DNA of 64,000 nucleotides from Octopus sinensis (GCF_006345805.1 NC_042998.1:47802001-47866000), one strand, 5' to 3'. Positions 40,026-55,335 are shown, counted from the first letter of the stretch. Notes: generated by a model from the sequence alone, not told the origin. Numbers and translations: made by a program.

Positions 40026-41399
40026 ATTAATGTAGTTGTTAATCTACATTTTTATCTTTTTTGCAGAGGAGAGGAGAGGGTTTGGTGACAAAGTCTGTTC
40101 CAAGTACATAACTTTACAAATGCAGTCAACCCTCAAATTCCAAACATTTAATTGACTACTGCTATTTAGACATATTTCTGTGTCAAATACAGCTGAGTTG
40201 GCATAGATGCGTGCACGCACACACACACACGCACATACCATTATCATCGTCGTTATTGTTGACTTTTACAAGCTTGCATGGACTTGACAGAATTCGCTGA
40301 AGCACATTTTATACTGCCTGGTGCCCTTCTCATCACAAAACTTAACCTGCTTCCAGCTAAGGTAATATTATGACATGGCCGAATATATTTTCAGGGGAAA
40401 TTAGAAACAAACGACACCACTTCTATGGTGGTGACGCTTGTTTACAATTTCCACACGGCATCATGTCAGGGTGTGTGTATATGTATATATATATATATAC
40501 ACACACACACGCAATAGTAGCAGTCATACATCTAACTTTACACACAAGATATATGTGAGTGTGTGTGTACTGGAGTTATGGATAGCTAGGTCTTTCTTCA
40601 TAGGATTGTAGATTCACAAATGTGAGATATCAAGCAAGATAAGTTCTAATTAGAGAAACGACCACCATCAAAGTAATACAGTAATGAAAAATTAATGAGG
40701 CAGTGACAGAGACTGCGATCTAGTGATATTGCTCTAGTTATCACAGAATTAATGTTATGAATACTGATTTAACTTTTATTATCGTTGCTTATCGATTGTG
40801 ATTCAGTATATATACGCAAGGGTATTCCAGGCGAAACCATAGCTTTCCTTTATAGCGACAGTGTCTCTAAGTCAATAGGATGTAATATAGCTGCTATTAC
40901 TAACTACTTGTGCTAATAAATTGAATTTGTAAATTACAGGCAAATCACCGACTTCCTGGGTGTAAAATTTTATTTTTCCCACAATAGTTCTGGATCCCAG
41001 TAATGAACTCATTTGCATGCAGCCAATCAGAGCTCACCTTGACCTTGTTGTCAACATAACATTCATGAATGTGTTAAAAACAACCAATCACTTGGTAAAA
41101 CATACTCAAGACGAAGAACAGCGTTGTAAGTCGATCGATCGCCAAGTTATACCTGATTTTAGGAGACAAGTAATTAGATAGATTTGCATCTATACTGATT
41201 ATCGAATATTGTTAAGGCCCCATATGGTAAAGATGTGCATGGGGAAAATGTGGGTAGAAGGTGATGTGCTAGCAACCCTCACCCCTTACTGTTTTACAAA
41301 ATAATCAACAACACAAATAACTACGCAGAGGCAGCCATGGTTGAAACAAGAACAACAAGCATTATCAAAAGAGAAAAGAAGCATGATCATTCCTTACCC

Positions 41400-42300
41400 A
41401 AGTGACCTGATGATAATCACCCATCACTTGTTATGTGTCCATAAACTGGTTTGATATTCGAGCACTGATTAGCTGTATGCAAATGAGTTCATAACTGGGG
41501 TCCGGAACTCTCGTGGGAAAAAAAATTTTGCTTCCCGGACACCAATGGTCCTGTGATTCTGAAGTCCTTTAGCCTATGACAGAGGATTCCATGATCTTGT
41601 CAAATGCTTTAATGAAGTTAAGGTATATACAGTCAGTGTCCATTCCTCTCATGAGATTATTGAGGATAGTGTTACGGTGCCGTAGCTGTTGTGACAGGCA
41701 AATTTGTCCAATCTGTTGATGAAGTTGTGTAGTATCTGAGAGTTTGTTTTTCCTTAAGGTACGTAATTATTCTTTTATGGACATTGCCTTCAATAATTTT
41801 AGATTTGTGAGATGTGAGAGAAAGAGGTCTGTAATTTTTAGCTTCAGGCCGGCTACCTTCTTTGCGTCTAGGTGTTACTACTGAGCCTTTCAGTAGGTAT
41901 GGGAATATGCCGCTATATAGCAACTTTTGAAATAGCATCTTCAATGGTTTGACAAGGAAACCATCTGGTCCTGATACTGAGTTTGAATCTTCTATAATGT
42001 CATTAATGCTTAGACATGTCTCTGCAGTTGAATTCCGAGGATGAAGGTATTCGTTTGTGTTATTTTCAGTTTCGGTTATCGTTTGGGAAAATGCATTTTT
42101 ATATCATTGACTCAAGAATGTGCATATTTTGAGGACTTTTTTAGTATATGACCCAATTTGGTCCATTAGAGGAGCGATCTGGTTATGTGTAAATGATTTT
42201 TGTTTAGCAAAGTGGGAAAAGAACTTGAGATTAAACTTTATGTTGGCTGTTTGGTGTTCTTTCAGTGAAGTTTCTTTTTCAAAGGACATTTTTAGGTCCA
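41400..42300 (-). pseudogene. CR1/L2/Jockey-group LINE reverse transcriptase fragment
   Basis: SGPDG, VTPRRKEGSRPEAKNYRPLSLTSHKSKIIE and DCIYLNFIKAFDKI motifs, with frameshifts. Confidence 0.85.
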
Positions 42301-43074
42301 GGTTTTTGTTTTTTAATTATTATTTTAGAAGTGGCAACAATTAAGATGATCAGAATTTATTTGAATAATGAACAAGTTGTTAGGCATTAACAACCTCAGT
42401 AATTTAGTAATTTGTCAATTTATGGCGGAAATACCCAGATTTCAAATTTTTTTTCTTAGTTAGCGAGTGGATATCTATCATTACTAACATCATTGAAGTC
42501 GATGGGTAGGTAATAGTATTGGTGACGGTGGGGAGTTTGTTTTGGCGATGGCAGTGATGATTTCGTGTTAAAAGATGATAGGAAAATTTATTTATGACTT
42601 GGTACAGAAGCTTCACAGCTTATAGATAGTGTTGCCGGCGAACTGAGTGCAAAAATAATGCTTCGCCTCTTCCCACTCTCCAGCAAAGAGAAAGAACTGA
42701 TGCTTGCTAATGACGTTGAATTTTGATGATGGTATTAACAATAACTCGTGGCAAATTAATGACTGTCAAGCTATGGTTGGTGGCAGCAGGGTTCATAGTC
42801 ATAGAAACATTTGCCAGTAAGCTATAATTAAAATGATGACACAATTTACAAATTAGTAGGAAGTAAAGTGAAGTACATACTGTAAGAGCAAGCTATTGAA
42901 TAAATAAATGACTCAGACATTTAACCTCAGACATAATGTTGGCCTGACCAGGTGGCTTTCTATAAAGTGGGGAATCAATGTGATGAGAGAAACCAGTCAA
43001 ACTCATTTAGTTATATTTTTTTTTATATTTTTGTATTTGGTTTGCAAGATTTTTTGATGTGAACTTCCAGTTGT

Positions 43075-43405
43075 AATATATTTTGTTGCATCTTGGGAGG
43101 GTCATTATGCCAATAATAAACACAGGCATTGGCTCTGTATCACTTTTTTATTATTTATTTGTCAACTGATTAACTATTTAACCAATTAACTAATCGATTG
43201 TTCGAGTAATCGTTTGGTTAATTCATCACTCAATCAATCAGGTTTGTCAAAATCCTTTCTTCGTCATTCACGACCTCATCAATAGCATGAATTCTGTCAT
43301 CTAGCTAATTGACAAATAAATAAATAAATAAATAAGTGAGATAGAACTAGTGCATGTTTTTGAAATAATAGCATACTGACCCTCCCAAGATACCACAAAC
43401 TATTT
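43075..43405. mobile_element. MITE with imperfect TIRs of about 85 bp
   Basis: atcttgggagggtca pairs with tgaccctcccaagat; tatttatttgtcaa pairs with ttgacaaataaata. Confidence 0.75.
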
Positions 43406-44151
43406 TTATATCCTTTCTCTCTGTTATAGATTCTTACTAAAATAGCCCGTTGGCCACTTCAACAGTTTTCAGAATTGACATGGTGCTGTTGAAGCAAATA
43501 TGTTGTTATTTAGCAAGCTGGGTAATCTTAGTACTACCTAACCTTTTAAACACAATGAGATTGTAATTGCTGTGTTTTATTTAATAATACAAAATCTCTA
43601 TGCAAGCAGTTTACTTGTTTTATACTCAGTAAAGCTATGAACCCTTTAGTTTGGCACCTAATCTGCTTAGGTACATATTCAGTGTGATAGCAACAAAAAA
43701 AAAATTGCTATTACTGGTATGAAAGTTTCTTAGCTATTACCAACATGTATTAATTTTAGGACAGATAAAGGCAGTTCATATTTGTATTGTATAGCAAGGA
43801 ATATATGCATGGAAAATCTTTGCAAATGAGCTACAGCAGATTAGTGAAATATTGAATAGCTGAATAGCATAGACTCAGAGGCCCTTTATATTAGATTAGT
43901 TGCTGACCTCCAGGTCAGTTCTGATCAAGCAGATTTACTCCTTTACTCTTTCACTTGTTTCAGTCATCCGACTGCAGCCATACTGTAGTACCACTTTGAA
44001 GAAGGGTTTTAGTTAAACAAATCGACCCCAGGACTCATTTCTTAAGCCTAGTATTTATTCTATCTGTCCCTTTTGCCAAACTGCTAAGTTACAGGTATGT
44101 AAACGCATCAATACTGGTTGACAAGTGGTAATGTGGAGATAAATACAGACA

Positions 44152-44545
44152 CACATTTTATCTGATCAAATGCTATGGTTGTGGAACTGTTTCAGGAGGG
44201 AAATGCAATCTTCCACCAATTCACACAACAAAAGTTGTTACTGAATGGCATGAGGAATATTCTAGAGAAGTTGAACATATTATCTGGCCACCACAGTCCC
44301 CAGATCTCAATATCATTGAACATTTATGGTGCATTTTAGAAAAACAAGTAAGGAGTCGATATCCTCCACCATCATCACTACAAGAACTGGAGACTGTTTT
44401 AGCTGAAGAATGGACAAAAATTCCTTTGGAAACAATTCAAGCTTTGTACTAGTCCATACCTCATAGAATTTAAGCTGTAATTACTACCAAAGGCAGTCCT
44501 ACCCCATATCAAAATAAATTTGCTTGAAATTTTGTCCAACCCCTA
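44152..44545 (+). pseudogene. Tc1-family transposase C-terminal remnant
   Basis: PIHTTKVVTEW...IWPPQSPDLNIIEHLW...EEWTKIP...AVITTKGSPTPY, with stops. Confidence 0.9.
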
Positions 44546-47500
44546 TATATATATGCATGCATGTATGTATGTATGTATGTATGTATGTATGTATGTATGT
44601 ATGTATGTATGTATGTATGTATGTATGTATGTATGTGTGGTGGGTGGTGTCTGTGTGTCTGCATTTTCCCCCCACTACCGCCTGACAACCAGTTTGGTGA
44701 AAGACACTGATAGACTAAGTACCAGGATTCAAAAAAAAAAAAAAGCACTAGGGTTGATTCATTCATCTAAAATCCTGCAAGGTGGTCCTCCAGTATGGCC
44801 ACAGTCTTATGACTGAAACAAGTAAAAGAAAAAAAAAAGAAAAACGCCTTGTCTTCCTATAAAATTTACTTTGGAAATTCCTTTCTCAATGCTGCTATTT
44901 AATTCAAATTTCTGAAATTCTTCATAAACAGATCCTCACTGTTCAACAATAAATTCCATTCAATTCTCTTCGTTTCTTCTCAATATCTCTTATTCAGATT
45001 CTTAAAAGGCTCAATCTAATTTTCACAAGACCAATTAGTTTGTGATACTTCCTCAGTCCTTAACCTTCAGTTTTCTTCACACCAATGGCATTCTGTTCAA
45101 ACTGTTTCTTTTTGTTCATTATTTTATTATTTTGTTATTTTGTTTTGTGTTTATCAGTCTTAGAATGAGTGAAGACTAACTTCCTAGTCTTTTCAATTCT
45201 ATTGAAACTGAATGTTTGGGGTGGGGCTAACTGAGTAAAATTCATTAAAAAAAAAAGAAGTTATTGTTACTGTTGTTTAACTGTAGTTTAGCTTAACCAT
45301 GATCAACCATTCATTTGTTTAGAATAGTGTATTCAATATTACATTATACAGTGTGTTGTCCTTAAAATAATAGGATGTTATCTGAAGGAGATCTGACTGC
45401 TAATTCAAGCAGGGTGAAAAACAATGTAGGGGCTCCCATGTTTCCCCACTCCTTAAAGTTCAATTGTGATGGCACATGGCACAGTGGTTAGAGCATCAGG
45501 CTTGCAATCATGAGGTAGTGAGTTTGATTCCCAGATAGGGCTGTGTTGTGTTCTTGAGCTTTATATCACAGTGCTCTAGTTCACTCAATTGTAGAAATGA
45601 GTGGCGACATCACTGGTGCCAAGCTGTATTGGCCTTTGCTTTTCCCTTGGATAACATCAGTGGCAGAGGAAGCTGGACTGCTGGTCTTCTGTAAACACCT
45701 TGCCTGAACTTGTGCCTTGGATGGCAACTTTCTAGATGCATCCCATGGTCGTTCATGACCAAAGGGAGTCTTTTACTAAAGTTCAATAACTTGTGTACTC
45801 TGAGAAGAGGTAGATTCTAATATTATGGTCCTCCAATTTGGGAAAAATTGTAGAAGGATTTTTGTATAGCACAAATTGCCATTGATAACTTTAGTCTACA
45901 TCAATTCACTATTTTCACCCCTTTAAAATTCATACATGAATGGATTAGTTTGGTCTTTTGACAGATAATAGAATGGGAAACATGTTCAAGAGAGCATTCC
46001 AGAGGGTTTCAACCCCTATGAAGGACTGACTACTTGTACAAAGAGATGATGGGTGACGAATGTTGTATCAAAAGGGTTAAATTCCACGTTAATCAATGAA
46101 TTTTATGGTTTTCCTTTCAGTATGTACTGAACTCTTTATCATTTAAACAAGCCATATCTGGCCTTTCATACCTAATTTACAATGTCAATTTATAAACAAA
46201 CAATCTTATCATTGAAATATCAATGCTTTGAGATAATGCAGGATTAATTCCAAACAATGTGAATAAATAAGCATTGTATTTGACAGAGTAATTGGAATGC
46301 TAAAGGGTTCAATAACAAAAAAACATTTAATTCAAAGAGTTGGTTTAAACTTATCTTTAAGGCTATATGCCCAGGAGATGTCACTTTTGGATACAATAAT
46401 ATCTAAACTGTGCTTTTACTGGCTAAAACTCAATGGCAGTGAACTTAAGGTTTGAACTTTTGACCATGAAATGAGAAGTTCAAGTCTACTAAGAGACACT
46501 GCTGAATTCCTAGTCATACAATCTACTCACTTAAGATTCCTCTGTCTGATAACAGTTTCTCTTCTCACCTAGGTCAGTGCATCACAACCTCTTTTCACTT
46601 GCAGTACAATTATAGTTTTAGTTCAGGTGTATTGCTGAATTTTGAAAAGAATATGATTAAAAGTATAGGGGAAAATATTATATTCAGGTTACACTGCAGC
46701 ACACCTAGCATCATCTCGTGACACACATGTGTGCCACAACATACTGGTTGTGGAGCACTGACCTAGACATCAGCAATAAGAGGTGCTTCCAGAGTTGAAC
46801 ATAAGTGTGCCAATATAGACCATTCTGTTGTTCCTATCTAGCACAAGTGTATGTGCGTGTATGTCTGTGTGTGTGAATGTGAGTGCGTATGTGGGTGTAT
46901 ACACACACACAGTGTAGCATAGTGTAAAACAGAAGGAAAAATCAGATGTCTTTCATTTTATTGCATGGGATATTGTGGATATCAGGCAAAGTCCAACAGG
47001 TTTATATTAGGCACATAAATTAAGCTTTTTGAAAACAACCCACTTGAGATCACCCCCATCAAATTGATACAAACTCCCTTTTATTAAAGTCATCCAAATT
47101 AAAATCTTCCATCAAAGTTTCATGTGGACTTATATTCCAAACACCAGCTCAATAATGACAATTTTAATTTACTAAATTCTTCATTATTTTCAAAATTAAT
47201 TAAAAAAAAAAGACTATGCTTCAACGAAAATGTGTTAAAGTAAGCAAACTGTTCATTTATCACACTCCTAGATAAGTAACCAAATGACATTTCAAAATAG
47301 CTTGCTCCTAGTTAGTATATTTACCTTCAGCACTTAAAAGTATGGCAGTTGTTCATTGAAACATTCAACACAGAATATTATTTTCATTCTTGTTGCATAA
47401 TTATTATTTTCTTTTATTCTTGTATAATAGGATATATCCAGAAGTGCTTTAAAATGTTTCACATTTTGGTACAAGGCCACCAATTTTACTGGGAATGTGT

Positions 47501-47893
47501 TAGTGGATTATACTGATCCCTGTTCTCAACTGGTACTTATTTTATTGACCTCAAAAGGTCAAAAGGCATAGTCAGCCTTGGCAGCATTTGATTCCGCCAA
47601 CTTGCCAGATTTGGGAACAGTACGTTAAAGGGTATCTATTTATTAACCCTAATGCAAATACAAAAAATTAAGTTTTAAAAAAGTCCCTCTAAAATGGACA
47701 ATAAATGAATAGTATCAAAAAGATTTGAAAGAAACAAGTATAGTAAATATAACTTTACTAAAGGTGTATAACACTTAAGTTTGTGTATGTAAAAAAAAAA
47801 TTGATGCATTACTTCATCTAACTTATACTGTACAAAATGAAAGCAAACTACCAGGGAGAAAATAAAATAAGATAGAAAAATGTGACAAATTAC

Positions 47894-48025
47894 ATTTGAG
47901 ATGAATGTCATTCCATTTGCAGATCCTTCTTCCATTTGAAATTCAATCAACACATCCTGAGCAGGAAGATAAACTGGAAATCTAAGGAGTGAAATGTAGT
48001 CTACCCATTTTTCTTCCTTTGAGGT
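47894..48025 (-). CDS. Internal coding exon (132 nt, TSKEEKWVDYISLLRFPVYLPAQDVLIEFQMEEGSANGMTFISN), product not recognised
   Basis: Acceptor cctttcttttattgtag and donor AAT|gtaatt. Only one frame is open, phase 0-0, in a CpG-depleted domain. Confidence 0.7.
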
Positions 48026-48080
48026 CTACAATAAAAGAAAGGTTATAAATATTAGGATGTTAAAAAGTGCAATGAGATGC

Positions 48081-48113
<33 letters not shown>

Positions 48114-48119
48114 CATACA

Positions 48120-48370
48120 CAGTGGTGGACTGGTCAGGTTGCCCTGCACCATTAGAATCCATATATGGGGGCCCATCCCCTCAAGTTTGAGAACTTTTTA
48201 TTTACACCTGGAAGAATGCATTATTTCAGCCTGACTCTGTTTGCAGACAGTTGAAAAGAATACTTTTAGCAAAATAAAAAAAAAATTTAAATGATAGCAT
48301 TGTAGTTGTGGGTGGGCTCCCTCCCTTAGTCTCCTGGCAAACCAATATTCTTAGATCCAGTCCACCACTG
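48120..48370. mobile_element. hAT-type MITE
   Basis: Perfect 14-bp TIR CAGTGGTGGACTGG / CCAGTCCACCACTG; imperfect 8-bp TSD within a TA/CA repeat. Confidence 0.8.
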
Positions 48371-48418
<48 letters not shown>

Positions 48419-51308
48419 CAAGAAATGTTGACATTTCAACAATGAAATATCAAAGTGATGACCGATGAACAGTCAGAACCAGTTTACAGTTTAAATAAAT
48501 ATGACAAAATGAAAATATAGAATAGTTTAGTAACAATATTGATCTCCACATAAGCACAAAGCCTACCATATGGGATGGGAAAATGAAAAACGCTGGCACA
48601 AATCGTTTCCCAGTTGTATTAAACAGATGTGAAGTTTTGGTGCGACTGACCACATATGTTTAACCCTTTAGCATTCAGATTATTTTGTCAGATGCAATGT
48701 TTATTTATTCACATTGTTTTGAATCAACCATGCATTATCTCATAGCTTCAAGATTTCAATGATGTGATTGTTTATTTTTCAGAATCACATCGTGGGATAG
48801 GTATGAAAGGTTGGATCTGGCAAATTGGGCATAAAACAAGTAGAATATTTGGGCCAGATATGGCCAGTTTGAATGCTAAAGGGTTAGACTTTAAAATTAA
48901 GCAAGGAAAATAACTCAGCTTACTCCAGTTTGCCTGGCTGACAAAAACACTCTCCTACTTACTCCTACTTTCCAAATGAGTTGTTTGTAGTTATACAGGC
49001 ATCTAGCTGTAAAAATAATTGTTCCAACAAAATACCATAAGTCCGGAAGTAAAACAGTTAAAAATGTAAAGCTAAACAGATTTGCCTATTAATAAACTTC
49101 TCAACTTTTCCATTACCTGCTCTGTTGCCAAGTAACAAGGTCATGGATAGCCTACGGCAGAATAATACACCAGCAGCATGAGAGGTAAACTTAACTCCCA
49201 ATTTCCTTACTGTATGTGTGTGTTTTGAGTGTGGGGTGTTATGGCTTAGTTAAGCGAAAAGGCTGTGTCTATGACCTTTGAAGTCCTTCTGAGATTGTTG
49301 TGATTAATGCAGTTTATATTTAACTCGAACATAACATCTGCACACTGACATCTGAGGGAAAACGTGAGGAGGGGAATTACAGAGGGATGGCAATTTGAGG
49401 AAGACTCATTAGCCAACTAAAATAAATACCTCTTGGAACTTCTTAATGTATTAATTATTGTACTCATCTGAAACATTTTCACAGCAGTAACAATAATTGA
49501 TTCTATTACATGCACAAGGCCTTGAAATTTTCGGGAGATGGTGGTGTAGTTGATTATATTAACTCTTGTAGCTAGCCCACTTATGCGTACCTTTCCTTTG
49601 GACACAAAGCTTTTCTTGCGAAGACCTATTGAGACAAGTGAAATTGAAATCGAACCAAATTCGACAAGCACCCATGCCAACCTTCCTTCATTGGACACTA
49701 AACTCTGCTTGCTAAGACCTGTTGGGGCAAGTGAAATTGAACAAAATTCGATGACTGGCACCTGTGCCATTGGAGCACTAACAGCTCCATCTGAGCGGGA
49801 TCACTGCCAGAGCAGCTCTCTGGCTTCCATGCTGGTGGTATGTAAAAAGCACCATTTGAGCGTGGTCGTTGTCAGTACCACCAGACTGGCCATCATGCCG
49901 GTGGCATGTAAAAGCACCCACTACACTCTTGGAGTGATTGGCATTAGGAAGGACATCCAAATGTAGAAACTCTGCCAGATCAGATTGGAGCCTGGTGCAG
50001 CCATCTGGTTCACCAGTCCTCAGTTAAATCATCCGACCCATGCTAGCATGGAAAGCAGACGTTAAATGATGATGATGATGATGCTATATTTTATCGACCT
50101 CGAAAGGATGAAAGGCAAAGTTGACCTCATTGACATTTAAATCAGAATGTGAAGCCAGATGTCATGCCACTAAGCATTTTGTCCAGCTCACTACCTTTAG
50201 AAAGAATACTAATATACCATTCTACCATAGGCACAAAGCCTGAAATCTTGGAGAAGGGTGCAAGTTGATTACATTGAACCTAATACTTAACTGATACGTA
50301 TTACATCAATCCCTAAAAGGATGAAAGACAAAGTTAAACTCAGCAGAATTTGAACACAGAGCATTTTGTCTAGTGTGCTAATGATTCTGCCAGCTTACCT
50401 CCTTTGAAGAACTAATAATGCCAGTAAAAGGTAAAGTTACCTTCTCAGGCATGCCAACTCATAAACACCAGTATATTCCCCACCTGGACAGGATGCCAGG
50501 AATTGAAACCACAATCTTACGACCATAACTGGTTCAAAAATTCAACCAGTTTTTATGTTGAAACTGGCCAGTGTGACCTTTCACACTTACCCTTAGAGGT
50601 CACGTTAGAAGTAAACAACTCCGGTATTGAAATCTTGAAACTATGAGATAATGTGTCATTAATTCAATTTGATGGAATGATCTAAATACTAAAAGGTTAA
50701 CGAGTAAAGACATTGGCATAAGAGTATCCAATGAGAAAATTTAGAAATATCTTCATGTGTACATAAAAAACAGATAAAATCAGAAAAAACACCCCAACAA
50801 ACAAGAAAATACCCAGGGTTAATGTTATTGTGCGTGATTCAATACTTTTGTATAATATAATCAAGCCTCTACAGATTGGGGTGTTTTCATTTACTACTAA
50901 GAGGGAAAAAAAAATAATAATACTTGTAATATGCTGATGATGAATCAATTAATCAGATACCATATTAAAAAAGAAAAAGTATCAAAGGACTTGTATTTAA
51001 CCAAAAGAAAGTAATTATAAAGAAATTGATGAAGGGTTATTAAATTGTGTATAAGAAGGTTATAAGTGCAACTGTAGTTTCAGGGTTAAGATGTCCCTTT
51101 GTGACCAAATTGTCCCAGATTGTATTTCATTGCATCAGTTGGGATCTGAATCTGGTATTGATCAGTATTGTGGCCAAATGAATAAGAGAACGGTGTCTCA
51201 TGGAGGGAAATTTGTGTTGAAGCTTCTCTCCACACCTCCTTCTCTCTCTCCCTCTCTTATTCACCCCAGACACATTATATACATGTTAGTATATAGGCAG
51301 GCAGGCAG

Positions 51309-51655
<347 letters not shown>

Positions 51656-52046
51656 GTAGATAATTTATGTTAGAAAGAAATTATGCCTTAGAAATAATTA
51701 AATCACAAGTTTCAGAGAAGTTCTGTCTAGTTGTGTTTAGAACATCACTTCATAAGAGATTCAAACATCACATCAAAAAAGAGAACAAATTAATGAAGTC
51801 GGTGGTGCTATGCATTCAGCTCTGTTCTAGATGTAATTATAGATAACTTTTACCATTTGATATCTAAGACAACTTGCTTACATTTGAACATACTTTACAG
51901 AAGTGGGCAATTTTGAAAAATTGAATATGATAGTTTTTGGTCATGCATCTATTTACAAATGGATTTCCTCTCTTTCTCTCTCGTCTTTCTATCTGTCTGT
52001 TTATCTAACTAGTGAAATACTTCTTTCACATGTATACAAAAAACCA

Positions 52047-52350
52047 TTAGATATAGTTGTACAAATAAGTTATTTAACAATTATATAGAAAGCTACAAGG
52101 AAGTAGATGTGTTTGTATTTTCCTATGCATAGCTATGTACACATGTACCAATGATAGAGCTTCTTAAGAGTCATTCAATATGCTAGAAAGAGCAGCCATA
52201 CACTTTAGATATTGCTGTTTAGATAAATTATTTAACAATTACGTAGAAAGTTACAAGGAAGTAAATGAATTTACATTAATCTACACATCTGTGCCAATGA
52301 GAGAGCTTTTTCATAGTCACTCTATCTAATAAGAAGAGCAGCTAAATCTT
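52047..52350 (+). repeat. Diverged tandem duplication of about 160 nt
   Basis: ttatttaacaatta...acaaggaagta...ccaatga.agagctt...gagcagc occurs twice. Confidence 0.7.
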
Positions 52351-54814
52351 GAGATCAAATGCTAACGTCTTATACAGAGGATGGCATATTTTACCATGTA
52401 GTCCTTGATATTAACAATAAATAAATGCGCCCTTTTAAAGACTAACCAGGCTCATGGGCCCGGTTTCAATGGTGTATGTGTTCCCCAGCTGGACGGGACG
52501 TCAGTCCATCACAGCGTTACTCATTTTTGCCAGCTGAGTGGACTGGAGCAACATGGAATGAAGTGTTTTGCTCAAGAACACAACGTGTCGCCCAGTCCAG
52601 GAATCGAAACCACAATTTTACAATCATGATGCTGACACCCTAACCACTAAGCCATGCACCTCCACAGTCCTTGATATACTATGCTTAAATAAAAGATAAG
52701 ATGGATGGTCAAGCATTGTTAACTATTTTGAGACCAGTTCATTTGAAACAGCTCCTACTTCTGTGACATGAACTTACTGTTTATAAAGTGATCTAAAGTA
52801 TAATCTTCCATCAAAATTTTATATTAATTTGTTTAAGAAATCAGCTTCATGAGAAAATTTTACTATTTCGAAAATTAGTTGAAACAAAAGTAGAATATGT
52901 CAAAAGAAATATGGTAACAAATGGGTTAGATAGGTCTATTTAATCAGAGTTGAAACATAACCCTTGTAAGGAAGCATCTACTTGGTCACTCAGCCAGTTA
53001 GAAATGGTAGTCAATCTCTCTCTCAAATTACAAGCTAATAACTTGAAGGAAGAACACATTAAACAATGTAGTTTTAGATCATCATCATCATCATCGTTTA
53101 ACGTCCGCTTTCCATGCTAGCATGGGTTGGACGATTTGACTGAGGACTGGCGAACCAGATGGCTGCACCAGGCTCCAATCTGATCTGGCAGAGTTTCTAC
53201 AGCTGGATGCCCTTCCTAACGCCAACCACTCCGAGAGAGTAGTGGGTACTTTTACATGTCACTAGCACAAGGGCCAGTCCAGCGGCACTAGCAACGACCT
53301 CGCTCAAATTTTTTGTTCAAGTGCCAGTAAGGCGATGCTGGTAATGATCACGCTCAAATGTTTATTTTTACGTGCCACCAGCACGGAAGCCAGACAACTG
53401 CTCTGGCAGTGATCCCACTCAGATGGAGCTGTTAGTGCTCCACTGGCACAGGTGCCAGTCATCGAATTTGGTTAACCAAATAATTTGTTTTAAATGTTTG
53501 TAGATAATAACAGTGAATGTGCATGGCTTAATGGATAGAGCATTGATTTCACAATCACGAGGTAGCGAGTTTGATTCCTGGACCGGGCTGTGTGTTGTGT
53601 TTTTGAGCAAGACACTTTATATCATGTTGCTCCAGTTCACTCAGCTGTAGAAATGAGTTGCAACATCATGCCAAGCTGTATCAGCCTTTGCCTTTCCCTT
53701 CGGTAACATCGGTGGTATGGAGAGAGGAGGCTGGAGAGGGGTGGCATGGAAAGTGGTGGCATGGAGAGGGGTGGCTTAGGCTACTTTGCCTAGACTTCTG
53801 CATCAGAGGGTAACTTTCTAAGTGCATTCCCACTGCCCTTCATGACTGAAGGGGGTCTCCTCTTTCAGATGACTAATAACTCACAGAGAATTCAATTACT
53901 GTGAGAAATTATATTTAATGCTTTGGAAAATTTTTTCTTCTTCAAAGAGATACAAGTTTATAGAGCATTGTTTGAGTTGCTTGCCAAGAAGCATACTTTT
54001 TTTTTTATTCTAACTACTGTTTTATTTCATTACTGCAAAGAATATGATTTTATTTCTGTCATATATATTGTCTTAGTCATTATATCGTGGCCATGCTGGG
54101 GCACCACTTCAAAGAGTTTTAGTTAAACAAATTGACCTTGGTACTTTTTTTAAGTATTATTACTATTACTTATTTTATTAGTCTCTATTGTCAAACTGCT
54201 ATGTTTCTGGGTTTATAAATAGACCAGCACCAGTTGCCAAGTTGTGGGTGGAAGACAAACAAAAATACACACAAGTGTGTGTGTGACTAGTTTCTTTCAG
54301 TTTTCATCTACCATATCCACTTACAAGGCTTTGGTCAGCCCAGGGCTATAGTAGAAGACACTTACCCAAGGTGTCAAATGATGGGACTCAACCTGGAACT
54401 ATGTGGTTGTGAAGATTTATCTTTTTTAAAGGTCAAATAATTTTGTTTTGTTAAAATTGTAATGAGATTTGTATATATTAAGTCTAAGCATAAAAGAAAA
54501 AAAAATCTAAACACACACATATATATATATATATATATTTATAAATAAACACAGACATTAATACAACAGAATACAATAAAGAGGAGAATGGAAAATGTCC
54601 TCAATTTTGCTTCTTGCTTAATTCTATTGTTATATCTTGTTTATTTTTGTATTCTTTGAACTATCCTAGTTTGACTACAATTGCAACAAAATATATTAAC
54701 GACTGGTTAAAAATTATAGTGAATATTAGAGAAACAGGTGGTGGTGGTTGTGTTGTCAAAAATTATGTCATAAGTTTAGAAGTTAGGGTTAGTTTGTATG
54801 CTTTATTATAAGTG

Positions 54815-55335
54815 AAGGAACGTGGCTTAGTGGTTAGGTGTATTCAGCTCATTATCATAAGATCATGAGTTTGATTCCTGGTGGTGTGTTGGGTTCTTCA
54901 GTAAGACACTTTATTTCATGTTGCTCCAGTCCATACATCAAGCAAAAATGAGTTATACTTGTAATTCAGAAGGGCTAGCCTTGTCATGTTCTGAGTCACA
55001 CTGATTCTCCCTGAGAACTATTCTAAGGGTATGTGTGTCTGTGGAGTGCTCAGTACTAGGACAAAATCCCTGCCAAGGACAAAATCTGCCGCCCACCACT
55101 GAACAAAATCCCCTTGTAGTCAATATACCCTGGGATATTGCTCTTTCTTTACAATAAAATTATTTTATGAAAGTGAAATTTTATAAAAGAAAATTTAGAT
55201 ATTTATTATTGATTAGAACAATAATAATTTTGTCCATGAGATATTTTGTCCTGATACTGGAGTACTCAGCCACTTGCATGTTTTATGAGTGACCAAATCA
55301 AATGGAACACTCATCGACGTAATCAATGGAGTGCC
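54815..55335 (+). mobile_element. SINE family C2 interrupted by a MITE (55051-55259) with GGACAAAAT subterminal repeats
   Basis: Host is homologous to 56679-56990 and 32806-33040. Insert TIRs cagtactaggacaaaat / attttgtcctgatactg; duplication gagtgct/gagtact. Confidence 0.75.

Noticed and set aside
43430-43492. Plus-strand terminal exon candidate ILTKIARWPLQQFSELTWCC*
   Set aside because: Good acceptor, but no linked upstream coding exon or recognisable product.
49550-49966. 138-aa ORF
   Set aside because: It lies within a family D repeat with internal duplications.
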